A DNA stretch of 63,360 nt, counting the filler, from Bigelowiella natans CCMP2755 (Eukaryota > Protista > Cercozoa): NCBI GenBank assembly GCA_000320545.1. It is 4 parts of 4 records of this genome, joined end to end, with 100 filler letters (N's around TTAATTAATTAA, not from the genome) between each part and the next. Parts side by side here need not be neighbours in the genome. Positions count along the whole stretch, not along the records: positions 30,350 to 59,291 come from ADNK01000902.1; 3 more parts are not named here. The stretch is one strand, 5' to 3'. Below, in pieces: positions 30,350 through 44,515 of this stretch (position 1 is its first letter; each line of letters starts with the position of its first letter). A program made the position numbers and the translations under genes. The notes under the pieces are model-generated. The model had not been told where the DNA came from. It ran no database searches and saw only the letters and a list, made by a program, of their open reading frames with translations.

Positions 30350-30587
30350 CCGTAGCAGGGACGTGTGTGCTATTCTGGTTAAGGCAAAGGCAGATGTAAA
30401 TTTGCTAAACAAGGAGGTCGGTAGTAGTAATACATGATTATCATCATGATCACAGGTGCAATCTTCTGTCCTTACTAATCAAACAGTAACACAACTTCAT
30501 TTCTGACTCACTAAATCAGAATAATACATGATGTATTTCAGGGTGAAAGTGCATTGATTGTTGCGACACGAATGGAGGTAAGAGTTA

Positions 30588-30623
<36 letters not shown>

Positions 30624-31186
30624 GGTGGCAGCTCGTTATCATCATCATCATCATCATCATTATCATCATCACCCATCTTTATTTCTGAACAACACGAACA
30701 AATGAACGAATTCTAAGCGTAAGAGCATAGCAAGTTTAAGGATCGCACAGTAGTAGCAGCTAAATCTTAAAATTGATCATGATGACAATGATGGTAGTGA
30801 TGACGATGATTATGATGATAAGGATGATGATAACGATTTTAGTAACGACGACGATGATGATGATGATGATGATGATGATAATCACCTTCCTGCAGGCTGC
30901 TGGCTGTGTGAAAGAGCTGTTGGAAAATAAAGCTGATCCAAATTTAAAAAGTCAGTGAGTCGTTGCGTAGTAATGCTGGTGCTGGTGCTGCTGCTGCTGC
31001 TAATAAAAATAGATGATCGTCGTCCTCTGGCATTACATTACATTGTAGGCAGCAGGGCTGATGTTGACTCTCCGCTGTTTCTTTCCATTCTTCACAACAA
31101 TTCTCGGTAGAAGCATCATTCTCACAACCATGGCTACTTATTATCAATTCGCCGTGCTAATACTCAACTTCCAAGCCTAAAAACAA

Positions 31187-31223
<37 letters not shown>

Positions 31224-31387
31224 GTGATTCGAAGATATATGGCTCCTCCTCTCCTCCCCCTCACCCTCTTCCTCATTCTCATCCTTTTGTTTTCACTATT
31301 ATTATCGTCAACAACATGATCGAAACAGCTGCTTTGACCTTCTCGTCAAGATGAAAGCAAACTTAAACGCTCAGGATAAGGTAGTTG

Positions 31388-31423
<36 letters not shown>

Positions 31424-31912
31424 CACTACTACTAGTAGAATAGCTGTAGTAGCAAAGCAGTATTTCTTGATGTGTCGGTGGTAGTGGTGGAGGTGTTGTG
31501 GTGATTTGAGAGGTCCAATCACAAGGAGTAATGATGTCATCATCGTCGTCATTTACAGTACAACTACTACTACTACTACAACTACTTCCTTAGAAAGGAG
31601 ACACGCCTCTTGGAATTGCGTGCATGAGCAACCATGATATCGCTAAGGTAGTAAGTAGTAGCTACAAGTAGAACCCTCTGTGCTGCTCGCTGTAGCACGT
31701 ACACCAACAACACAACAAGCTGCTCTCTTACAACAAGTGGGAAGGATTGCATCTTATCATCACGGTGCTAAATTCTCTAAAAAATCTAACCCTTGTCTCC
31801 CCGCCCATCAATCAATAGAAATTGATAGCAGTAAAAGCAGACCTTGACAAGGTAGTAGCACTAACAAATGCAGGCCTGACCTGCAATAGCACAAACGAAA
31901 GCATAGATAATA

Positions 31913-31956
<44 letters not shown>

Positions 31957-32679
31957 AATTCGTGTGTGTGCGTGTGTGTGCGCGGTAGCACAATTCTATA
32001 TGTCCGGGGGCATCATCACCGTAATAATATTCATTCCTTCTTCCCTCCTCCTCCACCCTCCTCCCTCTCCTCTAATCATCCTTCATCGTTTCATTCACCC
32101 CCTGGAAATAAGAGCAATTTGCGCGGTGACACCCCTTTGATGCTTTGTGGGATGTACTCTGCTCCGGCAGTTGCAAAGGTCGGTAGGTCGGTCAGCAGTA
32201 GCGACGAATTGAATGATAACGATGATGATGGTAACAAAGAGTTTCATACTCTTCGATTGTCTTTGAGTCTGTTTTGCCTCCTCCTCCTCCTCCTCCTCCT
32301 CCTACTACTACTATTACTACCATTCCCTTGCTCTCGATAGCTGTTGGTGGAAGCAAAATGCGACGTAAATTTAAAGAACAAAGATGGGCAGACAGCTGGT
32401 GAGTTGGCTTCTCAGGCGTCATTTACCGAGACAGACAAAGAAGATCTCTTAATAAAGGTAATGTCTTTTTAAGTAGATAGTGATGATGACGATGACGACG
32501 ACGATGATGCTTGCCGCTCATTTCCATCAAGTACAGTAACGAATACCTGGCCGAACAAAGACAATGATATGTGCACAAACATAATATAGGTTCGTAAAGC
32601 CCAGGCTAGGGGTGATCATGAGGAAGCTAGGGAGTTTCTGCAGGCATGGAAAGAAAGCAGGGGGGTCTTTTCGTCATAG
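30350..32679 (+). CDS. Host ankyrin-repeat protein, multi-exon, 5'-partial
   Basis: Exons read VCAILVKAKADVNLLNKE-GESALIVA, CVKELLENKADPNLK, GDTPLMLCGM and LLVEAKCDVNLKNKDGQTAGELA, ending SRGVFSS* at 32679. Confidence 0.8.
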
Positions 32680-33562
32680 TAATGAGGATTCATTATGACG
32701 GTGCATAAACAAAGGGATGCAAACAAGTTTGTTCGATGACAGCGTATCAATGCTGATCGACACAATCCTGAAGCTATGAAATTGCATGTGCGCCGAATTC
32801 ATAGACGGATCGAATGCAGCACACATACCTGCCCATGACGGATGAGCGCTGCGTGCTGTGTCTAGATGTACACGCTACATGTACACGTACCATTCATCTC
32901 TAGCAGCAGCCTCTTTGATTCGGCATTGAATGTTGTGCAGATGTCATTGAACACTTTCAGGTGTGGCCAGCATGCAATGAGCGAAGAATGATGATGTCCA
33001 ATGAGATGTGCACGGTGACATGGCGCGATGCATTCGCTTGCTAGCTTGTGCTGTGTGTGGCAACAAATACAAGGCTAAAGGCTACGTGTCCATCCATGCG
33101 TGGCATGTCACAAGTTGATGCTACGCCTCTAGAAATCCTCATTGCCGTTGCATGTGCTAGTAACCACAGTCTAGATGCCAGTGTTCATTGGCTCTTGCTT
33201 TGAAATGCATTTGTTTGCAGTCAAATGGAAGACAAAACAATGTGGGGAAAATGCTACTAGGAATCTCATGCACTACTGTGCAGCTACAACACGGAGACAC
33301 CAGCAGGTCACTTTTTTAGCATTGCGACGCGCAAATCAAACCAAATTTGTACACACGCCTTATCATTGATTGTTTGTTTAATTGGCATTTGCCGATTCTA
33401 CAGCACATCTCATTAATATGAGCGTAGCGTACTGAGGACTTCACACAGCTAGACAGTCATGTCGCATGCAAAATTTACTTTGCATTTACTTTCCGTGAAT
33501 ATCACGCAAAAATTATGACTATCAGTGGATCTTGGTTTCATGATTAACGAATTTAAAAGTTG

Positions 33563-33789
33563 TCATCTATCAAATAACCATTCAAAGGCATCGCCTAGGT
33601 TATCATTCGTATCAGTATCGTTTGTTCCCTTTTTCCTGCGCGCTTTGATTTCATTGCAAGTTGAAATAAAGCCTTCCGGTAAGTCTCTGACAGCGAACAC
33701 TCGACCAGCATTCGACTACACAATAATAATCCCATTGACAATATTATACCCGTGAATAATAACTCAAAGATGATGATGATGCCAACAAT

Positions 33790-33822
<33 letters not shown>

Positions 33823-34982
33823 TGAAACGAAGTAAACAATGGAACACTGTTCGAAATATTTAGTAGTCGAGAATTATAGCACGCAACAGCAGCAACAACA
33901 ACATAGACGACACTTATTGATTGTCCAATAATCACCTTTAATCCCACAACATATCGCGTCAAGAATCGTTTGAAGGCCTATAGAATTAATTTATAATGCA
34001 GCCACAATATTAGTTTCTTTTTGTATAATGAGAAAAACAGTTGTTTATTATTTGTTACGTAGTATTACCCTTCGTTTATTCTTATCCCCAGGTTCATTGA
34101 TGATTGTCTTTTCAAGATTGATGATTTCTTGAGGAGGAATTCCTGGAATCTGCTGCAGCAGCTTTCGTAGGCCATCCAGACCGAGTGGTACAAGTATCTC
34201 GTACATCTAAATGGTGGTGGTGGTGGTGGTGGTGATGAGAATCAAATGATGTTGTAAACCATAACAATAATGATGATGATGATGTGATGATGATGATAAT
34301 GATGGTGATAATAATGATAATAATGATAATGGTGGTGATGATAATGATAATGATGGTTGTGGTACTTTGCTCTACTTCATTCTTGATTTCCTCCCTTTTA
34401 TCATCCCTTTGTTTCGTTTGATTCAAATAGCTACTACTACTGCTACTACTACTGCTACTACTACTACTACTACTACTACTACTATTGGCATGCTAGCACC
34501 TCTTTAAGAAGTCCCATATGAGCTCCGTGAGTAGCTTCTTCCAGCTCTTTTCTTAATCTTTCAAGTACCTCCAAAGAGGTCTGGAACACCTTTATCATGA
34601 GATGTCCTGTGTTTTGACGAGCCACTGCAGACTTAATCATTGGAGGGACGAATCGAAGAACTGACATGTTAAGAAGGAGGGGGAAAGAGGAAATGATGAT
34701 CAGGAGGAGGAGGAGGAGGAGGAGGAGGAGGAGGATGAGGTGGTGGCAAGGAGGACGAAGAGGAAGAAGAAGTTATTCATAGAAAATGAGAATCGTTCAT
34801 GATCAAGAAAAACAACAAAGTCCAGGCTACCAAAGGTACACGCATTGACGCTTGAAGGGCTATCTGGCCATATCATAAGTGCCATGAATATTGCCATTGT
34901 TAACTACCATAGAAGAGAGCATTCGTCGTTAAATATATTGATGATGATGATGCACAAACAAGCAAGAAATCAAGCAAGTGAC

Positions 34983-35017
<35 letters not shown>

Positions 35018-36091
35018 AGCAAAATGATAGAGATGTTGCTACGATCTGTTGTTGGCAGCAGACAAAAGTGTGAATAATACGGTGTTCGCTTGTTAAGCAG
35101 TAAATCATCATTGTATAGTATGGAAAACACATCCTTTTCAACCACGAAGATAGATAGATAGATAGATAGATCATATATCACAACAAAATACTCTCAATGA
35201 TAGTTATATCATGAATCGATTACTACATACATTGAGAAGGTTCCTGTCCGTGATGATGAGCTCTAACACCATATTGGATCTTTGGATTTGTTCTTTCGAA
35301 GGCACGTGAGGGTTGGTCTGCTGCTCCTTGATTCGTTTGGTTTCACCCGTTTTGCCTTCATCCAGTAGGTTTTTAGCTCCCTGAGCAAAGGCAAAGTAAG
35401 CAAACAACACATAGGAAGGAAGGAAGGAAGGAAGGATCAGCAACAAGGCTGATGATGATGATGACGAAATGACGATGGCACGAGGAAGAAGGGGGTTGGT
35501 GCTGGTGGAGCTCAGAAAAACAATAGCAGTAGGCAGCAGCAGCAGGTCGCTTCGCATTGTTGTTGCACATTCTCCCCCACCCCCCCCCGCCTCCTGTTCT
35601 AGTGACACATATATGTTGTTCTACTAGGTCTAGTGACGTGTGGTAGTAGGTAGCTATGTTGGGGTAGCAGTAGTAAGAGTACCGATGTCGCTGTTGGAGG
35701 ATAGAACGTATTCCTCACAGAACGAATACCGGAGATTCCCATTGGAACACACAATAGTGTACTTATACAATGGACAAACGACCTCTGGACGTCAGTTAGA
35801 GTTGACACCTCACGTATCTCATCCTGATGATGATGATTAATGATGATGATGATGATGATGATGATGATGGTGATTGATCACATGAGAGAGTAAATCGCAT
35901 ATGATTAGTTTGTATTCGTAACTAGTAACTGGCAAAGAAAGCTGCCTCTCGGACATCATAATTAAGAGACTACTATCAACATCATCTCAAATTTCTCTTC
36001 ATCATCGTCATCATCATCTTCTTCCCTATTTATCGCCTCCTTTGGAATAATGAAGAATAGTCATCTTTGAGTATCTAATATCACTACTACT

Positions 36092-36129
<38 letters not shown>

Positions 36130-37228
36130 ACCACAGCACTAGAAGACGCTGCTGCTGCCTCTTTTCGATCATCACAACCGGCACGACCACCCTGTGTCTG
36201 CTGCTGCTGCTGCTGCTGCTGATTGAGCCGTGCGGCGCATTGAGCCCAGCCTTGGCCTAATCTAGAAAATATTCCGTGGAAGATAGATCCAAGAAGCCGC
36301 TGAAAGGCCACAATCTGACCCTTGTTCTAAGGTGGTAATAGTAGTAGTAGTAGTAGTTCATCAAACATGTTTTTGTTGTTGTGACTGTTGTCGTGAAACC
36401 GCTGCAATAAGAGGTTGAACGAAGAAAAGGGTGGTGATAGATAGTAACAACGTAGATTTGTAATACAGGTGTGATGATGTTCGTACATGGATGAATGTAT
36501 GGATGTGTATGTGTGTGTGTGTGCGGATGGATGGATGGATGGATGGATGGATGGATGGTGCTGGTAAATTCAACTTGCTTTGTTTCTCATCATCACACAG
36601 TTAAGGGATGATGACTTTCAAATAAGTTGTTAGAGACTCTAATAATACAAATGATAATAACAACAATAATAATGGTAATAAATAACAATTCTAATAATAC
36701 CGTGAGCGGGAAATATTTGAGAAGGTTGGGAAGCAGCTGATCTGTGACGACTTTGAGGTATATCGAAGGCATTGTCTTCAAACTACCGAACGCTGTTTGC
36801 CCCAAAAGGCCTCCATCCATTGCGACCTTGCAAGTAAGGTGTAAGTTAGTAGCAGTAGTAGGATTATATTACTAAAGCATAGAAATGATCCTACTTACTG
36901 GTTACAAATTCATCATTTACCAACATATAAACAGCATTACATTTTCACTCCATTCTTCCCTTTCCCAGTAGCTATCATCCTTACGTTTCCCTTGTTTTTC
37001 TCCCCCCCCCCCTCTCTCTCTCTTATATAGGTCTCAACCTTAGTTCCCCCTCGTTTGCCCCTCTCTCACTCTCTTATATATTAAGATTAATTTCATAGCT
37101 GCATGTATTTTAACGGCACCACCACCACCACCGCCGCCGTCAATACAAGCAACAACAACAACAACAACATAGTATATTAATGTTGCATCTCTTCCTAGTA
37201 AAGCAGTGGATTGCATAGAAAAATGATC

Positions 37229-37260
<32 letters not shown>

Positions 37261-37954
37261 CCGGGAATAAGTCCTGTGGTACATACTTTGCTGCATATCC
37301 AAGGAGCACGTAGGCGCATGCTCTTACAGTCCGAAACCATGTATGCATTTCCCTTACAATTAATTGCTGCTTCTGATATTGGTGCTGCTGGATCTGATCT
37401 TTGGCAAGGAGCTTGCGCAATGCCTCTTCCATCATTTCTCGTGTTTCTTTCAATGATGCTTGCACTTGTGGCGGCAACTTCGATGATATAGAAGGGTCAA
37501 GTGCCCTATTGGTACACCCTGTAAGCAGCATTAATGCTCTTATACGCTCTTTGCTGAGAAGATGTCTTATCACACCCCTCAGGTGTTCTGGAATATGTGG
37601 CAACGATGAACTACTAGAGCTCTTTTCTTCGTTCTTGTCCCTTCCCAATGCAGTGTCTGCATACCCCCTCTCCACACTCCTCGTCTGTTTTGAAGCAATT
37701 AGCGTGTGACGTATCAAGCCGCGTAAAAGATCTAGAGCCCACCTGAGAATAAATGACACATAAAAAAAAAAAATAATAATAATAAAGCTCATTATATCGT
37801 CAATCAATCAAACAACCAAGCAACCAATCAATTACGTAGTCGAAGGAACATAGGAAGATCTACTCCTACTACTATTACTACTACTAGTAGTACTACTAAC
37901 TTACTATGGTTATACCACCCCAATACAATACGATTACTTCATCACTCTCCTCAC

Positions 37955-37988
<34 letters not shown>

Positions 37989-38261
37989 TAGTATACCATA
38001 TTTCCTGACGAATCTTTCTGCAAGAAGCATCATGGAGTGTCTTGAGACTAGGAAGGCCAGTTGCCTGTACAAAGGACTTGACATCCCTAAGTAGTAGCCG
38101 TCATAGATAGGAGGAGGAGGAGGAGGAGGAGTAGTTGCAATGAAAGGGGGTACGAGTGTCAGTAGTAAATAACATGACGACGACTTGTAGATAGATAGAT
38201 AGATAGATAGATAGAAGATGGTGAAGTGATCATTTAGACGACGATGATGACCGATTATGAT

Positions 38262-38300
<39 letters not shown>

Positions 38301-39089
38301 TACTACTACTACTTGAACAATGTTGTCGCATGGTGGTCAAATCTCTTGAGCGGGTCCACGATGATGAACTTGATGAAATTCACTTGCTCGGCGTTAGGAA
38401 TTTCGTTAGAGATTGGCATAAGACACTCTATCAAGCTCATCTTCTCTTCGTCTCTAACCCATCCATGGCCTTTCTTCATGATAGACTGTACCATCTGCGA
38501 CAACACCTTGAAGGAGCGGGCTAGATTTGATCGATGTCTTTTGGTAATTTTGATCAGTGAATCTAAAGCCCGGCGACGACAAATCATTGTGTCCTGCGTA
38601 GCAACAGCAACAGCAACAGTAATAGGAAGATCATATATATATAAACTTCTCTACTAATTATTACTACTACACTGTTATAACTCTCCAACTACCTTATCTA
38701 AGTGATCTGCAGGTATCTTTGCTTGATTGGGTGTCCTATATTGGACACCTAAAGATAATAATAGTAGTAGAAGGAGAAAGGATAATTCATAACAAGAGGC
38801 GTGAATCGGTTATACATACTACAAGTCAATCACCCGCTCATTTAATTCCTGGTACAACTACTTCCGTGTCAAAAGCATACATCGAAAGCATTACTCTCAC
38901 ATGATCGTCGATTTTGTCACAATGCACGATATGTTCTTCTCTGGTTTATCAGTATTCTGAACATTATTATGCGTCCATCTTTGTCCACATCGTCCAGACA
39001 TCACTATCATCATCATCATCATCGCCATGTAACAATCCATTTGATTATTTGTCTTGGTCATAACAACCAGTAACACTCAAAGCATGATG

Positions 39090-39121
<32 letters not shown>

Positions 39122-39615
39122 CTTCTCTTCTAATACCTTCCAGGAGGGTCTTTAGGGCAGCTGTGATCGCGTCTTGGTTGACTTGGTAAAGAGGATGCAG
39201 CAAGCCAAGAGTCACATACTGAAAGCATCGTGTCGAAGATTTCAAGTTCTTGGCAGCTAACAGCCCTCGCAGCAGGTTCCCAAGGCTACTCAAGACTTTT
39301 TGGTCGTTTTGGGATTTCTTAGGAATTGCACGGACTACATGCTCAGTTCCAGAGGTAAAGTTCTTTCAGGAGGTGATGTGATGGAATGGAAGAAGATGAA
39401 AAAGAAGAAGAAGAAGAAGAAGAAGAATACGGGAAAGGAAGGAGGGAGAGGAGAAGGAGGAGGAGGAGGAGGAGAAGCAGTAAGATAAGCATCGGCACAT
39501 TAGTAGTACACAGTATAAACAACAACGCATGTTGCAATTCATAGTCATATTCTCTCTGTTGGTGGAATCTTTGCAACATCCTTTACTACCTCAACACTTC
39601 TTCGACTACTACTAT

Positions 39616-39654
<39 letters not shown>

Positions 39655-40682
39655 AAATTACTACAAATTCTGTTATTCTGTCATACGATGACTGACCTCA
39701 AGGAGAGCCTCGAATTGCTGCTGCTGCTGCTGCTGCATGCTGTGGAGCAGCTTGAGGTAACCACACACCAAGTGATTAACAACCAACGGAGGATGTAATC
39801 TAACGAGATTTTCCATCAACACATGAAGTTGACTACGAAGACCGGCAAATGCATGGTGATGATCCTTCTCAGTCCCATATTCACTAGACATACTCTTCCA
39901 GCTACGGCGTGTGTTCTGCTTCAAACAGGCGTCGAAAATCTTTACAGCAAGATTTTCTCGCCATTCAGAGTCCACGACCTATGAATATACATAAATTTAC
40001 CAATCATCGATAAGGCAAGATGTTACATATGTTACTCCTCGAGCTATCAATATGACAATAAATTATGATAACAGCAACGATGACGACAACGATCAATGTT
40101 TCATAAATTTGTCACATGGCTGTTGTTGATGTCTTGATTCTCGATGTTGGCGCACCACTACCTTGTTCCATTTGTAACGTAGAAGATGCATACACATTTC
40201 TATCCCTCGCCTCGCAATGGAGATCAAGCTGCAATTATATACATATGGTGGAACACAGAAGAACAACAACATATTTTACTTATGCACCGGCTGTGTAATC
40301 GCTCGTCGATAGTTTTCTTCTGAATGACTTCATAAATTATGATTGCATCTGTTTCTTCCCCCCTATCATCTCCCTCTCTTGAACAATATAAGGCAGTACG
40401 ATGTATACTTAATTCCTAACGTAGTACTCGTGATTAAGCAGCTGCAACGTAAGATTGAGAAACTTGAATCTCATCTTCTTGTTACTGTCTCCTCCCCCTT
40501 CCACAATAAGGTCTACATGATTACGCATGAGCTTATTGAGAGGCGAGATGACAGCCTGTAGCAGCAAGCTCCTTCTCTCAACATCGGTGATTTTAGTCTT
40601 CAATAGTGTCTCGTTTGTGTTCAACATAGGGGCCCACAATTTGTACAGAATGGGATTGTATCTGAACAATAACACATAAGAC

Positions 40683-40714
<32 letters not shown>

Positions 40715-40799
40715 ATTATCACAGCATGGCTACATTTTTACTATGTAATTCTATTCATTCCTGCGTCCTTGTGCTACTACATATTTAGTAATATGTGTT

Positions 40800-40835
<36 letters not shown>

Positions 40836-43414
40836 GCATAATTCCTCTAGTAGCTCTACATCAACAAGAACCAGTAAAGCACTTCTACTAATAACAACAG
40901 TAATAGTGACACTAGGAGTAAAACTAGTACTGCTAAGACGATAGGCAACGACGGCATGGCATAGTAGTAGTACTTGGTCATGGTGTTCTTCATGCAGATT
41001 GTGGTTAGGATTCCACTTGCGCTTACACAGAAATCCCCCATATTGAATGCCGAAAATACCTATCAACGACATCACATCAGTGAGAACAAATTTGCAGAAT
41101 ATGGAGTGATAACATTCTGTCACTTGTGCTGATACTTCGAATCAACATCATCATCGTCACCATCGCTATTGTATATTTGTTAAGCTACCAGCTCTAGAAC
41201 TCCGTCGTTATTTATGGTTTTCCCTTCATTTGGAGTGGTCCCGTAGATGAATACTGGGTCAACCCTGCAGATGATGATGATGATGATGATGATTATGATG
41301 ATAGTGATGATGACGATGCGGTGATTCATCGATATAAACGTTAGCAATACAATTTATGTGTAATCAACCAGTATTACACCCATTGCACATTATTAATCAT
41401 GTATCAGGATTATAGTAATCATCATCATCATTCAGCATCATCTTGCCACCATTACATCTGTTTTATATGATTGTCGTTGTACCAATCAACCACAGCACCG
41501 ATCGATTCGATACTTAATCCAATGGCCCTTTTACGCACGTTCGTTTCAGCTAGAAAAGGATTCATGTTGTTGATACTCACAAAATTTTGAAAGCTTCTAT
41601 CTCATTTTCCTTCTATTTTTATCATCATTCTTCATCATCATTATCATCATCCTCATCATCATCATCATCATGTTTTTGTTTCCTCCTTCTCATTCTCTTT
41701 GTCCTTCTTCTTCTTTCGCGTAATTCGGGAGTGTGGGAAGAAGGTAGTCGGTGCAAATTGTTGGGGAATGTCGTTTGTATGTTGGTACATGTTGAGGTTG
41801 ATTGGAGGTGATATTTAAGTATCGAGGCAATAAGGAAACTTATGGGTCCCATTGAGGCCTTTAACCCTTCCTGTCATCACAAATAATACACCGATTGATT
41901 GACGACGCTCTACCATGGATAAGAGACAGAAAATAAATATTCTACACCTATATCTATGGCTGTGGCAAAAGATAACAGATTCTAATCTGCTCATTATTGC
42001 CCCATCACCTGAATTTCTCGACATCGCTTTTCCGGAACATTGGGGTCAAAAGCAATAATCTGTTGTTATAACGGTGTACGTAGGGTGTAATGTTAATGAT
42101 AACGATGACGATTAAAACCGACGATGAAGATTTGATGATTCAGTGTTAACTTCTTCTGTCTTATATCTTGCTTCAATAGAAATACTACCTGTGCTGCGAG
42201 ATTTCTAATTATCATAAGTAGTGTGAGGCCAAGCCACCCTCCCATGGCTCCACCGTTTTGCTGCCCTCTTTCAGGTTTTATTCCAGCGATTTGGAACAAC
42301 ATTGGCAGCTTTGAAATTAATAAAACAATTGTACTCTCATTATCGCCAAATCATGTGGATCGGGAATGCTCTTCATGAATGGAGATGTGGAACTAAAATT
42401 AAAAAGACCCCGTTTGTTTTGACAACACATACCCCCTCGCGATGCGCACACAGAACAGAACAGAACACAACCACACACCGCACGTACGCACGCAGAGAGT
42501 AGAGAGAAAGCGATCCACGAATGATTAAGTGGAAATTTTATCAACACACAAAGGATTGCATTGTGCAATTGATTTTATGAAAAAAAATGGTCAATATCCT
42601 ACTGAATGAATTGCGTATATACCAATTTTGGCCATCTCTGCGGCCATTCCCTCAATGCTATCTGGGTTACAACATCGGCTATCTTTTCTCTAAATAATTG
42701 TACAATTTTTTAGCAGCTGCATATCGATGAACAAAATGAAAGGTAAAAACTTTATTGGTGTATCTCTTCCTCTGTTTTCCTCACCTTAGGAAGTGCGCTT
42801 TCACCTTTTGGCTAAGAGGGAACATGTTTCTGTATGTGATAGTTAGCAAGCTCAGATTTGGAGGAAAATAGGCAGCTATTTGAAAGAATAACTGTCATAC
42901 TTCACGGTGAACTCCTTAAGCTTTTCCTTCTGTGTTGAATCTAATTGATTCCTGTAATCATGCAAATACTTCACACTCTCCAATCATCTAAAGCGATTGT
43001 GTGATTCGTACCATTTTGCCTTCACTAACATCTCGAGACTGTGGAATGCTGAAAAGCGTAACAAATATTAGGAGAGGAGACAATAAGTTGGAGAGTACAG
43101 AAGTAAATAGTGCCTGCCACAGCAGCCAAAAAATCTTTTTAATTTGGATAAGAATTTGTGTGCTATTTGGAATGCGACCTACATACCAAAGTGCTTGATG
43201 ATGGGATTCGAATGTGCTAAGAGCTGGGTGGAAATTTGAAAGTTTTCTCCAACATTGTTCTTCACCCGCTCCAGTAATTCCAAAGCCTAAAATTGTTCAG
43301 CATTACCTCATTCGCCTAGTTAGATGGGTTTTTTATTACACGCACCTGAACCCTCTGCTGATTTGAAGTTGAAGGATCGTGGGATGCCAGAATTGCTCTG
43401 ACCACGTTATCCAT
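33563..43414 (-). CDS. XPO5: Exportin-5-like karyopherin, intron-rich
   Basis: N-terminus MDNVVRAILASHDPSTSNQQR, Xpo1-domain motif QIALREWPQRWPKL (about 42621-42665), many helical HEAT-like exons, and last exon ...LGDAFEWLFDR* at 33563. Not all exons were traced. Confidence 0.7.
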
Positions 43415-44515
43415 GTTCTTCTTCTTTCAATTATGAGAACGACGCTCACGGAGGTGGCGGGTAGATCTCCTTTTACTTGTTATTCTTCCTTCTTCTCCCT
43501 CGTAGGTGTTGTTGTTGTCGCCGTCGTCGTCCGTCTCTTCTTTTGCTTTCTTCTCTTTCTCCTCCCCCTTCTCCTCCTCGAGGAGCCTCTTCTTCTTCTT
43601 GTTGTTGTTGTTGTTGTTGTTGTTTGTTGTTGTTCTTTTTCCTCTCCTTCTTCTTCTTCGACAACAAAATGATTAATATTTCAACGCAATAGTATCAGAG
43701 TCTAGAAATTCATGGACATTAATCCAACAATTTCTACGCTTTCGCAATGTCCGTTCTGAGACAACATCAAGTGGTAGTTGGAGTAGCATAAAACTTCTCT
43801 ACAACAACAACAACAACAACAACAACAACTACGGTACAGGCCTGTAGGAAATAGCAGCTCTCATTACATTTCACATTTCATCCTGGCCTGGATTCACGCG
43901 AAATTTGGTAAGAGAGTTTATATTTAATAATTCGGTCAGCGGCTCTCGGCTTTTGTCATTTCCTCCGTGCGTAGATTGCTAAGATCAAGACGCTCTCCAC
44001 ATCTGAAGCTTATTTTTCAATTATAAAGATAATATGGATTGCATCTATATTAAATTCTCCACTATTTTCTCTACTTCGTAAATATCAAGCTTATCGAATG
44101 TGTGATCCTGCCGATGTGATTTTCAATTAAAAGAGGATCTGTCTGAATTTATACGACATGAATTTGAGGCAGTCGTATTAGTCCCTTATCCTATATTAAA
44201 TTTCTATTTAAATTTATTGCACATTCGTCAGTCTTATTAGTGCTTTGAGAATAGTTCTCACTGCTGGCAGGGACAGGCTCCACTAACATGAGTCACGGTT
44301 CTCCCCCTCCCTTTTTTGTCTCTCCATTTTCACTCATCTAATGTATGATTAAATAATGGCCTCCATGTAATGATCATTGTTGGAAAAATTGTGGCAGTGG
44401 GTGATGCGTAGAGATTCGCTGAAATCTGATTGGGCGATACCCATGTTGCTGGAAGCGATGTGTTAGGAGTGGCATTTTAGATGCACTGCTTTTTGGAACC
44501 CTGACTTTATCTAAT

